Below, piece after piece: positions 1 through 8,257 of a DNA stretch of 31,911 nt; position 1 is the first letter of the stretch, and each line of letters opens with the position of its first letter. The position numbers were made by a program, and so were the translations under genes. Source of the DNA: a virus; IMG/VR virus record IMGVR_UViG_3300045988_123119, one strand, 5' to 3'. A model generated the notes under the pieces. The model was not told the origin of the DNA, made no database searches, and was given only the letters and a program-made list of their open reading frames with translations.

Positions 1-60
1 CTCCGATTATTGCCCAGCTTATCGGGCAACTTGCACCTGTTTTGGCTCAGATTATTTCAG
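1..60. repeat. Terminal overlap identical to 31852-31911, marking circular closure of the assembly
   Basis: Direct reading shows the 60 nt at the two window ends are identical. The overlap lies inside one continuous ORF. Confidence 0.9.
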
Positions 61-1205
61 TCATTGCTCAGGTGGTGGCTGCTGTGGCTCCGATTATTGC
101 AATGATTGTCGCTCAACTGCTCCCTGTGATTGCCCAAGTGGTAGGCATGGTGCTAAGCGTGGTAGCCCAAATTGTCGCTACCGTGCTGCCGATTATTGCC
201 CAGATTGTCGCTGCGATTGCCCCGCTTATCACTACGCTTATCAGCGTTCTTGTCCCGGTCATTCAAACGATACTTAACGCCGTGCAATCTGCCCTCCCGA
301 TTATCGGTACGATTTTCTCGACAACTTTCTCCGTCATCTCGAGTGTAGTCTCTGTCGTTATGTCTGTGGTGAAGGTTGTCATTGCTACCGTGATGGCTGT
401 CATTTCGGCGATTATTAACACCGTTCTTGCTGCTATAGACGGCGATTGGTCTGGCGTGTGGGAAGGCATCAAATCCTTTGCCTCCACAATTTGGGAGGGA
501 ATCAAGAGCGTCGTAAAAATTGCTATTGATGCCGTTTCCAAAGTCATTAGCACTGTGCTCGACACCATCAAGAAAGCTTGGGATACTTGTTGGAACGGCA
601 TCAAGACCGCCTTTAGCTCGATTTGGGACGGCCTCAAGAGCGCGGCCAAATCCGGCATTGATGCGGTGTATAAGACGGTCAAATCGATTAAGGACAAGAT
701 TGTCGGATTCTTCACCGGTGCTGGCGATTGGCTTGTCAATTCCGGCAAGTCGATGCTTGACGGCCTCGGACGCGGCATCAGCGACGCAATCGGCGGCGTG
801 GTGAAGTCCGTCAAGAGCGGGCTTAAGAAAATCCGCGGGCTTTTCCCGTTCTCGCCCGCTAAGTATGGACCGTTCTCCGGCCACGGATACACGACGTATT
901 CAGGCCGCGCGCTCATGACCTCATTCGGCGAGGGAATCGGCGGCGCCGCGTCTAGCGTCGTATCCTCCACCAAATCGGCGCTGAGCGACGTTCAGGCGCT
1001 TTTCGGCGCTCGAAGCCTGGCATTCGCTGCAGACGCGAGCGTTACGGGCAATATCGCGGCACGGCGCGCAACTCAGAACGGCGGTTACTCGATGCTTTCT
1101 ATCGGAAACCTGAGCGTTGACGCTGGGGGCATGCGCGATGAGGAAGTAGTCAACGCGATCAATACCATTGTCGGTTACGCACGACGCACTGCGGGGGCGA
1201 TGTAA
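1..1205 (+). CDS. Tail tape measure protein, C-terminal part. It continues the ORF that runs off the window end. Nt 1-60 duplicate nt 31852-31911.
   Basis: The frame is open from nt 3, and the listed ORF 42..1205 is in the same frame. It is in phase with the ORF starting at 29850 across the 60-nt overlap: 31911 corresponds to position 60, a codon start, and 31911-29850 is divisible by 3. The sequence has hydrophobic A/V/I/Q-rich periodic repeats followed by a Gly/Ser-rich C-terminus. It sits directly upstream of the distal tail genes. Confidence 0.85.
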   Translation, partial: PIIAQLIGQLAPVLAQIISVIAQVVAAVAPIIAMIVAQLLPVIAQVVGMVLSVVAQIVATVLPIIAQIVAAIAPLITTLISVLVPVIQTILNAVQSALPIIGTIFSTTFSVISSVVSVVMSVVKVVIATVMAVISAIINTVLAAIDGDWSGVWEGIKSFASTIWEGIKSVVKIAIDAVSKVISTVLDTIKKAWDTCWNGIKTAFSSIWDGLKSAAKSGIDAVYKTVKSIKDKIVGFFTGAGDWLVNSGKSMLDGLGRGISDAIGGVVKSVKSGLKKIRGLFPFSPAKYGPFSGHGYTTYSGRALMTSFGEGIGGAASSVVSSTKSALSDVQALFGARSLAFAADASVTGNIAARRATQNGGYSMLSIGNLSVDAGGMRDEEVVNAINTIVGYARRTAGAM

Positions 1206-3361
1206 TGCAATACGGTAATACAGTCCAGCATTGGCGCGTTGGAATTGAATACGGCATCACATGGCAGTCTGATACGCAAGCTGACGTGACGTGCAAAACC
1301 TACTTCTGCTCTATCGCATGGGGTTACAACACGGCTGCTATCGGTACGGCAACTGTTAACGGGCAGAGCGCGAGCACCCCGTCTGCAAGCGGTAGCCGAA
1401 AAACGGCATACTCGCCGTCCGGCGGCACGGTTAACCAGCTCTTCATCACCAAGACCGTTCGCGTAAACAAAAACGCGAGCGGTTTCAACGTGCCCGTCTC
1501 AGGCGTTATGCAGCTTGTCGGCGGTTACCACAACGGCACGTCAAGCACGTCCGGTAACGTCTGGGTTCCGGCGATTAACTACAAGGCCCCGGCGGCGCCT
1601 ACGGGCTTAGCTGTTGAGCGCGTATCCGACACGAGCCATAAGCTCACGTGGCAAAACGTCGTTGTCGATAACCTCCATCCCGTTAGCGGCAACATCGTAA
1701 AGCGCTTGATGGATGGTGGAACCACCCCCACCACCTTGTACAATTCGCGCGCAACGACGAACTACGACGATGGCTCGACCGAAGCGGGCCATAAATACAC
1801 GTACACGGTGTACTCAACTGGCGCGGGCGGAACGTCCGGCGCATCGAGCGCGGTCACCGTGTACACGTCCCCGCTTGCCCCATCCATCAACGCGACGAAG
1901 GACACTCTTTCGTCCGTGATGCTCACCATCACGAAAGCGCCCGCATACGTCGATTCATACGAGTGCCAGGTGACAACGGATGCTGGCAAGACATGGGTTG
2001 ACAAGACGCTTACCCCGTCCGGCAAGGGGCTGAGCGATACAAACCCGCCTGCCGGAACAATCAAGTACCGCGTTCGAGCTGTCGTTAGCGGAATCGCGGG
2101 CGCGTGGGGCGAATCGAATACAATCGTCACGATTTGCCCGCCTTTCGCCCCATCGCTCAGCGCGCTCAAATCAGTATATGTAACAGGGTCAAGAGTTGCG
2201 ATCACTTGGACACCGAACCACCCGGACGGAACCGCACAGAGCGCGGCTCAGGTGGATGTGGTCAAGGACGGCGCTTCACTCATCCATGATATTTCGGGCG
2301 CGACGGCGAGTTACACCATTGCGAATGCTTCCAACGGCTCGTACCAGGTACGAGTGCGCACAAAGGGCAAGCATGCCGACTGGGGCGAGTGGAGCGCGTA
2401 CACGAGTTTTACCGTTGCCACGGCACCGACCCTCATCGTCAACACGCCTGCCAAAAACAGCGTTATCAAGATGCTTCCACTCAATATCGCATGGACGGCA
2501 AGCGATGCGACGGGCATCACGGAGCAAAGCGTGACGGTTGCGAAAACTGACGGCACTGTGCTTTATTCCGGCACTCCCGGCAAGGATTCGCGCAGTCTTT
2601 CGCTCGGCACCGACGTTGGTTTCACGAACAACACGAGCTATGTGCTGACCATCACGGTTAGCGCTGGCTCGACGCTGAGCGTTACCGCGACCGTGCCGTT
2701 TAGCTCATCTTGGCAAACGCCGGACGCACCTAGCGTCGATATCGAATACACAGACGGTATGGCCGCGACCATCCAGGTTACAGCTGCCGATACCACGCCG
2801 AAAGCTGTTCGGTTCGACATCGTTCGCATCGCGCCGGACGGCACGAGGCTCACTATCAGCACAGACATGACGAGCGGGCAACAGGCCATTGACCGCCTGC
2901 CACCGCTCAACGTTGAGTATAAATACGAGGTCACGGCGTATGCCGAGACAGACGCACTGACAAAGCTCGACGTGCCGACCACCGCTAAGATGGATGGGGT
3001 GGCGTTCAATTTCGGGCCAGACGCTGCGGATGCATGGGTTGGCAAGCTCAATCCCTCATACAGCAGGGACATTGGGCACAGCGTCACGACCTACCACATG
3101 CTCAACGGTTCGAATATGCCTACAGCGTGGCCCACAGGCGAAACCGACATTAGCGAGAGCTATAACTTCTCGATTGATTCAGATGATTTCGCGCGCATCG
3201 ACGCTTTGGCGCGACGATATTACGAATGCTGGGTGCGCGACGCTTACGGCAACCGTTCGTTCGGCGTTGTCAGTTTCTCCACTTCCAGGGAATCGGCGGG
3301 GTGGTGGAAGCTAACCGCAAAGCTCACTGTGTGCGCATGGGAGGAGCCTGTAAATGGCTGA
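1205..3361 (+). CDS. Minor tail protein, likely a distal tail (Dit-like) protein. It has an N-terminal domain, about 5 FN3/Ig-like repeats and a C-terminal siphovirus tail-component-like domain.
   Basis: The ATG overlaps the tape measure stop (TAATG). Repeated P-A-P-x...L-x-W...Y-x-V-R/Y motifs are typical of FN3 domains. The gene is immediately downstream of the tape measure gene. Confidence 0.6.
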   Translation: MQYGNTVQHWRVGIEYGITWQSDTQADVTCKTYFCSIAWGYNTAAIGTATVNGQSASTPSASGSRKTAYSPSGGTVNQLFITKTVRVNKNASGFNVPVSGVMQLVGGYHNGTSSTSGNVWVPAINYKAPAAPTGLAVERVSDTSHKLTWQNVVVDNLHPVSGNIVKRLMDGGTTPTTLYNSRATTNYDDGSTEAGHKYTYTVYSTGAGGTSGASSAVTVYTSPLAPSINATKDTLSSVMLTITKAPAYVDSYECQVTTDAGKTWVDKTLTPSGKGLSDTNPPAGTIKYRVRAVVSGIAGAWGESNTIVTICPPFAPSLSALKSVYVTGSRVAITWTPNHPDGTAQSAAQVDVVKDGASLIHDISGATASYTIANASNGSYQVRVRTKGKHADWGEWSAYTSFTVATAPTLIVNTPAKNSVIKMLPLNIAWTASDATGITEQSVTVAKTDGTVLYSGTPGKDSRSLSLGTDVGFTNNTSYVLTITVSAGSTLSVTATVPFSSSWQTPDAPSVDIEYTDGMAATIQVTAADTTPKAVRFDIVRIAPDGTRLTISTDMTSGQQAIDRLPPLNVEYKYEVTAYAETDALTKLDVPTTAKMDGVAFNFGPDAADAWVGKLNPSYSRDIGHSVTTYHMLNGSNMPTAWPTGETDISESYNFSIDSDDFARIDALARRYYECWVRDAYGNRSFGVVSFSTSRESAGWWKLTAKLTVCAWEEPVNG

Positions 3362-4451
3362 TGATTTTTGGCGCGGGCGCTTCAAAGCGTCGTATCGATT
3401 CATGCGCGTAGATAGGCGCACCGGGCTCGAAACGGGCAGAGTTGGAAATATCACGGGTGGAACGATCACGCGTAATCAGGACACGTCCGTGTACGAGACC
3501 GCAAACATCGATTACGTTGGTTCTCTCGATATCGGTACCGACCTTCTGCGCATCTACCTCGACGCGGAATCTACGAACGGCAATGATTCGCGCACGGTTG
3601 CGCTCGGAACGTTCCTAGTGTCTACTCCATCCATCGATATTGACGGTACTAAGCGAAGCGGTACGGCAGACCTCTACGGGCGCCTGCGAGAGCTTGCAGA
3701 CGATGATTTCGACACGGCATACCAGGTGGATGCGGGCGAAAACGCTGTGGCGAAAGCTGCCGCAATCGCCCGCGCTTCCGGGCTTGCCGTTGTGGCAGAC
3801 CCATCCACGTATACGCTCACTGCATCTTGGACGTTTGGCGTTTCGGGCGGCTCTGATTCAGTATCCGACAAGCTCAGCGCCATTAACAAGCTGCTCGATG
3901 CTGCCGGATTCAACGCTGCGTATACCGACCCCATGGGACGCGTTATCATGAGCCGTTACACGGCGCAGGAGAAACGCCCTCTTGTGTGGGATTTCGCAGA
4001 GGGCGAGGGCTGCCACGTCTTGCCGCAGGCGACTGACGAGCTAGACCGCCTTGCAATCTCGAATGTTGTTCACGTCGATTACACCACGCAGGAATCGAGC
4101 GTGCGCGGCACAGCTGTGGATGATGACCCCGATAGCGAATGGTCTACGGTGAGTGTCGGGCGGCGAATCGTCAAGAGCTATAGTTACAGCTCATTGCCGG
4201 AAGGCACGACAGAGAGCCAGGCGCAAGCGCTGGCCAACGCAAAGGCGCTCGAACTGCTAAAGAGCGCGCGATCAATCTTGCGACGCGTGACCTTCACGAC
4301 GATGTATGTACCGGTCAACGTTGGCGATGCTCACGGATTCGAATCATCCACTCTCAAAATCAATCGCAGGTACGCAGTTCGAAAAATCGACATCAGCCTA
4401 AAGGCTGGTTGCCCAATGAAAATCGAATCACGCAATTTCGGAGAGGTGTAA
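3354..4451 (+). CDS. Tail tip/baseplate protein (Tal-like minor structural protein)
   Basis: GGGAGGAG RBS lies 7 nt upstream. The gene overlaps the previous gene by 8 nt. It is the second gene after the tape measure gene. The call is based on position and general composition only. Confidence 0.45.
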   Translation: MADDFWRGRFKASYRFMRVDRRTGLETGRVGNITGGTITRNQDTSVYETANIDYVGSLDIGTDLLRIYLDAESTNGNDSRTVALGTFLVSTPSIDIDGTKRSGTADLYGRLRELADDDFDTAYQVDAGENAVAKAAAIARASGLAVVADPSTYTLTASWTFGVSGGSDSVSDKLSAINKLLDAAGFNAAYTDPMGRVIMSRYTAQEKRPLVWDFAEGEGCHVLPQATDELDRLAISNVVHVDYTTQESSVRGTAVDDDPDSEWSTVSVGRRIVKSYSYSSLPEGTTESQAQALANAKALELLKSARSILRRVTFTTMYVPVNVGDAHGFESSTLKINRRYAVRKIDISLKAGCPMKIESRNFGEV

Positions 4452-5060
4452 ATGATGGATTTGCTTACGTCTGCCATGGATGCGGGAGCGGCGCTTGCGG
4501 AGACGTTCAGCAAGCCTGTGAACACCGGGGCTAGCTTCACGCGCTACGGCACCGTGGTCAAAAACAACGGCACGACGCTCGATGTTGAGCTTTGCGGAGC
4601 TACGCTCGCGGCAGTGCCGATGCTCACGACGTGCGCGGGCGCGAAAGCGGGCGATAGGTGCTTGCTCACTGTGGATGGGCCGCTTGCGACTGTCACCGGC
4701 ATACTCGCAAACGCAGATAATGCGCATTACGTAAACCGCTTGATGGAATATGTCCCCTGGACGGTGCTCTACGGAAGCATCGACGAAGACTGCGTTAGAT
4801 ATATGGTCTCCGGTGGGATGGTGACGCTCTCCGTGCGCCTCCGCGTCACGACAAGCGGTATGACCGTGCCGTCCATGCCTGCTCGATACAGGCCAAGCAT
4901 GTCGATGTACCTCTCGTCATACTTCTACGGCAGCAACAACGTGATGGGTGCGTGGGTCCCGAGCAGAAGCAATGACAGTATGCCAATCTACCTCTACGAC
5001 CTCGCGTCCGGCGCGGGCAATCTCCTCTCGTCCTCGTGGTCGTGGCCACTGGAGCCCTAG
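4452..5060 (+). CDS. Tail fibre / receptor-binding protein, with a constant N-terminal part and C-terminal tip domain 1
   Basis: GAGAGG RBS is present and the gene abuts the previous stop. The C-terminal half shows a head-domain-like pattern (MVTLSV...MP..YRP...G.W...) that is also seen in the opposed ORF 5057..5398. Confidence 0.55.
   Translation: MMDLLTSAMDAGAALAETFSKPVNTGASFTRYGTVVKNNGTTLDVELCGATLAAVPMLTTCAGAKAGDRCLLTVDGPLATVTGILANADNAHYVNRLMEYVPWTVLYGSIDEDCVRYMVSGGMVTLSVRLRVTTSGMTVPSMPARYRPSMSMYLSSYFYGSNNVMGAWVPSRSNDSMPIYLYDLASGAGNLLSSSWSWPLEP
4710..4734. repeat. Left arm of an in-frame inverted repeat (candidate recombination crossover site)
   Basis: AACGCAGATAATGCGCATTACGTAA matches the reverse complement of 5338-5362 (AACGGCGATAGTACGCATTACGTAA) at 21/25 positions. 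The perfect 12-nt core CGCATTACGTAA is at 4723-4734. The arm encodes NADNAHYV. Confidence 0.8.
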
Positions 5061-5398
5061 GCCACGCAAAACGTTAATGACCCGCCCAAATACGAATTGT
5101 TAGTAGAGCTGACGATCTCTATAACGCCTTTCGGGCTAATGCCTATTTGACCGAAAACGTTAGTACCCATGATTACGCAAACGCCGGTAACACGAATAAC
5201 GGGCCTAACGCCATCCGGTAATGTTGCTAAAATGCCGGTCTTACTCCATCCGAAAGATACAGTGACCATGCGCCCGATCTTCTCATATTTGAAGTATCCG
5301 GGCACGTCGTTAGTTCTGTCGTTGCCGTAGAAATACCTTACGTAATGCGTACTATCGCCGTTCGGGTACCGCGCCCGCACAATCCAATATAAACCCAC
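5057..5398 (-). CDS. Inverted ORF encoding a second tail-fibre tip-like domain, a candidate alternative C-terminal cassette
   Basis: It is the only minus-strand ORF inside the late operon. It has a GTG start with no Shine-Dalgarno sequence and lies only 16 nt from the next + gene. It shares the stop tetranucleotide CTAG with gene 4452..5060. Its product shares NGDSTHYV and a MVTVSF...LP..VRP...G...I pattern with the + gene. The region is visibly more A/T-rich, about 45% G+C in my hand count of 120 nt against about 57% in a 60-nt sample of the upstream gene. Confidence 0.5.
   Translation of the reverse strand: MGLYWIVRARYPNGDSTHYVRYFYGNDRTNDVPGYFKYEKIGRMVTVSFGWSKTGILATLPDGVRPVIRVTGVCVIMGTNVFGQIGISPKGVIEIVSSTNNSYLGGSLTFCVA
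5338..5362. repeat. Right arm of the in-frame inverted repeat
   Basis: TTACGTAATGCGTACTATCGCCGTT is the reverse complement partner of 4710-4734. It encodes NGDSTHYV on the minus strand, in frame with ORF 5057..5398. Confidence 0.8.
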
Positions 5399-5414
5399 GT
5401 GAAAGGAGCATTAC

Positions 5415-5855
5415 ATGCTTACAGGCACTATGACAAACGGAAGCGTCATATTGACCACCACTGGCGGGGTGCCGATTGTCGAAAGCACGGCGCCCGGGAA
5501 TATCCCGGCTGGCTATCACGCCCAAATGGGATTCGTCAATAACGGTACCCAAATCGTTCAGACGTGGACGGTCGCGCCGGACGTTGGCACCGTGACGGAC
5601 GCTGCGGCGACGCTCGCTCAGATGCAGGCCGCGTCTCTGAGCGACGATGACGCGCTCAAGGTTCCCGCGTTATTCCCAGAGTGGGAGAGCAACGGCCATT
5701 GCTACGCGCAAGGAGACCGCGTTGTATATCATGGCAAGCTGTACAAGTGCCTGGCCGCGCACACGTCCAGCGACACGGTGGCGCCAGGTGAATCCCCTCA
5801 GAGGTGGGCGGCTGTCTTGCCCTCCACATCCACCGATACGGACGTGGAGGAATAG
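5415..5855 (+). CDS. Tail-associated protein with a C-terminal CBM5/12-type carbohydrate-binding repeat
   Basis: GAAAGGAG RBS lies 6 nt upstream. The motif W-x6-Y-x2-GD-x-V-x-Y-x-G-K-x-Y-K-C-x4-H-T-S...W closely resembles chitin-binding CBM5/12 modules. Confidence 0.7.
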   Translation: MLTGTMTNGSVILTTTGGVPIVESTAPGNIPAGYHAQMGFVNNGTQIVQTWTVAPDVGTVTDAAATLAQMQAASLSDDDALKVPALFPEWESNGHCYAQGDRVVYHGKLYKCLAAHTSSDTVAPGESPQRWAAVLPSTSTDTDVEE

Positions 5856-5990
5856 CAGCAGGGCAAGAGCTAAGCCGTGGGCGATAAGGTCAAGAAATAC
5901 GGCGTGGTGTACGGATCCATCATGGACGGCAACACCATCGAGCCGGGGACGTTCGTCGGCGAATCCGCATGGAAGCAAATCACGCAGTAG
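5856..5990 (+). pseudogene. Second CBM5/12-like repeat, in frame with 5415..5855 but cut off by TAG (5853-5855) and TAA (5871-5873)
   Basis: In-frame translation gives QQGKS*AVGDKVKKYGVVYGSIMDGNTIEPGTFVGESAWKQITQ*. This matches the repeat consensus, and the TAA falls where the conserved Tyr sits. A terminator follows at 6018-6045. Confidence 0.5.
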
Positions 5991-6017
5991 ACGCGCGGTA
6001 GACAATCGATATGCACA

Positions 6018-6045
6018 GGGGCTTGGGAGACCAGGCCCTTTTTTT
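6018..6045 (+). terminator. Rho-independent terminator at the end of the tail module
   Basis: GGGCTTGG-GAGA-CCAGGCCC forms an 8-bp stem with one G-U pair, followed by T7. Confidence 0.8.
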
Positions 6046-6127
6046 CATGCCCGCCCATTGGGGGGGGCGCGCCCTAGACGATCCACTTGGATAGCGAATA
6101 AGCGACGAGGCGGGGGAGGTGAAGAGG

Positions 6128-6442
6128 ATGCAGGACACCGTAACACCCGCCGAGGTGACGGCTGTTATCAGCGCGTCAATCGCTGTCGCGACGTTTTTGA
6201 TCGGGCGGTTTACCGCCATGAAAGAGGGCGTGACCGACAAGGCCCGCACGAGAGACCGCCTGGACCGCATCTGGGAGACGTGCAGCGACACTCACGACGC
6301 AGTTCGTGAGATGTCACGCAAGCTCGATGACCATTCAGAGCGGTTGACGCGCGTAGAGCAGCAGGTGCAGGCCCTAACTACGCGCGTTGAGAGGGTCGAA
6401 GACAACTGCGACGCACTGCTTCGCACGGGCGGGACAGACTAG
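6128..6442 (+). CDS. Membrane-anchored coiled-coil protein of the lysis cassette, a possible holin partner or antiholin
   Basis: GGAGG lies 8 nt upstream of the ATG at 6128. The track start at 6119 abuts the RBS. The product has one N-terminal hydrophobic helix followed by a heptad-like charged region. Confidence 0.55.
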   Translation: MQDTVTPAEVTAVISASIAVATFLIGRFTAMKEGVTDKARTRDRLDRIWETCSDTHDAVREMSRKLDDHSERLTRVEQQVQALTTRVERVEDNCDALLRTGGTD

Positions 6443-6459
6443 GAAAAAGGAGCAAAAAC

Positions 6460-6693
6460 ATGGACGAATACAAGGCTTGGGCAATCGCCGCGTGCATCCG
6501 CGCAATCAAGACTGCGGCACAGACGGCAGTGTCCCTAATCGGCACGGGCGCCGTTGGATTCACGGATTTGGATTGGATTCAAATCGCAAGCGTTTCCGGC
6601 GTGGCCGCTGTCGTGAGCCTGCTTACGAGCGTGGGCGGCTTGCCCGAGGTGGCGGACGGCAAAAGCCCGCTTGCGTCCACTAAGGAGGTCTAG
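6460..6693 (+). CDS. Holin (phage r1t-type holin-like)
   Basis: AAGGAG RBS is present. The 77-aa product has two hydrophobic segments and a charged C-terminus, with an r1t-type motif (A..RAIKT.AQT). The gene lies upstream of the endolysin gene. Confidence 0.75.
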   Translation: MDEYKAWAIAACIRAIKTAAQTAVSLIGTGAVGFTDLDWIQIASVSGVAAVVSLLTSVGGLPEVADGKSPLASTKEV

Positions 6694-6695
6694 CG

Positions 6696-6845
6696 ATGGA
6701 CGAGGAGAAGACCGTAGAGCTTTCCGATGAAGAGGTGGAGCGCCTAAAGAAAGCCCTGAGCTGGAACGACGGGCAGGGCTACGACAGTGAAGGCCCCGAG
6801 GATATCTGCGATGTGATTGAGGTCGATTATGTCAACGGCGAATAA
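6696..6845 (+). CDS. Small acidic hypothetical protein (49 aa), absent from the ORF track
   Basis: TAAGGAGGT RBS lies 6 nt upstream of the ATG. The frame is open to TAA at 6843-6845. The gene is packed between the holin and endolysin genes. Confidence 0.5.
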   Translation: MDEEKTVELSDEEVERLKKALSWNDGQGYDSEGPEDICDVIEVDYVNGE

Positions 6846-7722
6846 GGTACTCCAAATCGAGCGCGGCGAAATCGGCTACTCGCGCTGGAATGACCCGCTG
6901 CAGGGCACGAAGTATGGCCGATGGCTGGCATCCAAGACGGGGCAGACGTGGCTTGCCCAAAACGGCGTCGCGTTTTGCGCCATGGGCCAATCGTGGTCGT
7001 TCGACCAGGCCGGGCAGGCTTGCCCCGGTATGCCCACGGCGGCGTGCGGCGATATCCGCGAAGCTGCTAAAAAAGCAAGGCGCGTAGTTGACCGCAAGAG
7101 CGCCCAAGCTGGCGATATCGTGCTGTTCCGATGGGACGGTAATATCAACGATGATTCATATTCCGACCACGTCGGAATCGTCGAGATGAATCTTGGCCGG
7201 AATGTCGGTATCCAGACTATCGAGTTCAACACCGGAAACGGGCAGGTGCTGAGGCGCACGCGTTCATGGAACGTCGTGCAGTACATCATTCGACCGCCTT
7301 ACGACGAAGTGGACGATACGCCCATCATCACAAGACCCACGCACGATATCATCACGGTAGACGGTCTGTGGGGATTCAACACCACGCTATCCATTCAGAT
7401 CCAGGCCGATTGCCCATACAAGGACAAGATCGTCTCGCGCCAAAACCCGAAGCACAAATGGCGCATAGCCAGATGCACGACGGGCTGGGAATACGTCTAC
7501 CCTGATGGGGACGCGCCCGGCTCTTACGCAGTCAAGGCCGTACAGAAGGTCTGGGGCGCGGAGCCTGACGGCATCCTTGGTCCTGATTCTATTAACGCTG
7601 GTATCGCCTGGGGCATGAAGCACGGCTCTGGTGCTGAAAAGCTTGACGGCAAGCTCGATTGGAAGTCACCCACCATCATGACGATGCAGCGCAAGCTCAA
7701 TGACGGGACGTTCTTCAAATGA
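6829..7722 (+). CDS. Endolysin with an N-terminal CHAP amidase/peptidase domain and C-terminal peptidoglycan-binding-like repeats
   Basis: A Cys...His CHAP pattern is present (AFCAMG ... SDHVGIV). VDG.WG..T and DGILGP motifs are repeated in the C-terminal half. The ATG at 6829 has GAGG 6 nt upstream. Confidence 0.8.
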   Translation: MSTANKVLQIERGEIGYSRWNDPLQGTKYGRWLASKTGQTWLAQNGVAFCAMGQSWSFDQAGQACPGMPTAACGDIREAAKKARRVVDRKSAQAGDIVLFRWDGNINDDSYSDHVGIVEMNLGRNVGIQTIEFNTGNGQVLRRTRSWNVVQYIIRPPYDEVDDTPIITRPTHDIITVDGLWGFNTTLSIQIQADCPYKDKIVSRQNPKHKWRIARCTTGWEYVYPDGDAPGSYAVKAVQKVWGAEPDGILGPDSINAGIAWGMKHGSGAEKLDGKLDWKSPTIMTMQRKLNDGTFFK

Positions 7723-7828
7723 CGCGCCTAGATTTGCTTTACATCCTGGCTATCCTGGGATAGCTCGCGGCATTCGTATATTGCGTCTCCACGGGCTGCG
7801 GCATACTCATTTAATAGCCACTCTATCT

Positions 7829-7862
7829 CCCCTCTCGGCATCGCGCCGGGAGGGGCTTTTTT
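7829..7862 (+). terminator. Rho-independent terminator after the lysis cassette
   Basis: CCCCTCTCGG-CATCGCG-CCGGGAGGGG forms a 10-bp stem, followed by CTTTTTT. Confidence 0.85.
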
Positions 7863-7954
7863 GTTATCTAGATGGGGCCTGTAATATCCTACGAATATCC
7901 TAAATTGAGTAAAAAGCTTGGATTTTGGTATATCGTTCGTAAGGCTCAGACAAT

Positions 7955-8191
7955 CTACCTGTTGGAATTAAACAGCTTGGACGGCTCGGATAATAATTCT
8001 ATACGCCAACCAACTAGATCGTTTGGCGTGCATCCAAGTACATTGCAGATGGCGGCAGCGAGCTTGAGGTTAATAGAACGTTCACCGCGCTCATACGACC
8101 CGTATGTTCTGCGCGGCATACCCAGCGCTTCTGCTATTTCTTGCTGGCTTAATCCAGCGGCTTTTCGCAATTCCTGAAGCATGAGTTTCAT
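7955..8191 (-). CDS. XRE-family HTH repressor (CI-like, short)
   Basis: The classic HTH_3 motif LSQQEIAEALGMPRRTYGSYERGER is present. The gene is divergent from a second XRE gene. Confidence 0.8.
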   Translation of the reverse strand: MKLMLQELRKAAGLSQQEIAEALGMPRRTYGSYERGERSINLKLAAAICNVLGCTPNDLVGWRIELLSEPSKLFNSNR

Positions 8192-8257
8192 TAAATAACA
8201 CCCTGTTTCGTCCTGTTCAAAGTTGCATCGATAATCAGAGTATTACCGATTTTCTAA

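Noticed and set aside
1-60. The 60-nt terminal repeat as a genuine direct terminal repeat of the virion DNA
   Set aside because: It lies in the middle of an essential ORF and keeps the reading frame. An assembly overlap of a circular or circularly permuted molecule explains it better. The physical ends are expected near the HNH and terS genes.
153-973. Two long minus-strand ORFs (243 and 236 aa) antisense to the tape measure gene
   Set aside because: These are shadow ORFs typical of high-G+C coding DNA. Their translations are R/S/N/D-rich or low-complexity, and they have no RBS. The + frame is continuous with a recognisable tape measure protein.
5853-5873. Genome-wide stop-codon reassignment (TAG or TAA read as sense) as the explanation for the in-frame stops
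   Set aside because: All other genes, including late genes, are intact under the standard code. Several end with TAG or TAA at sensible positions (for example 5058-5060 and 26907-26909), and no suppressor tRNA is encoded. Local decay or readthrough is more likely.
5647-6309. 220-aa + strand ORF spanning the end of the CBM gene, the terminator and the start of the lysis cassette
   Set aside because: It is out of frame with the motif-bearing ORFs and extremely Arg/Pro/Ser-rich. It also reads straight through an intrinsic terminator and an RBS.
7719-7763. 14-codon hydrophobic ORF (MTRLDLLYILAILG) overlapping the endolysin stop
   Set aside because: It is too short, has no RBS, and nothing beyond hydrophobicity supports it.
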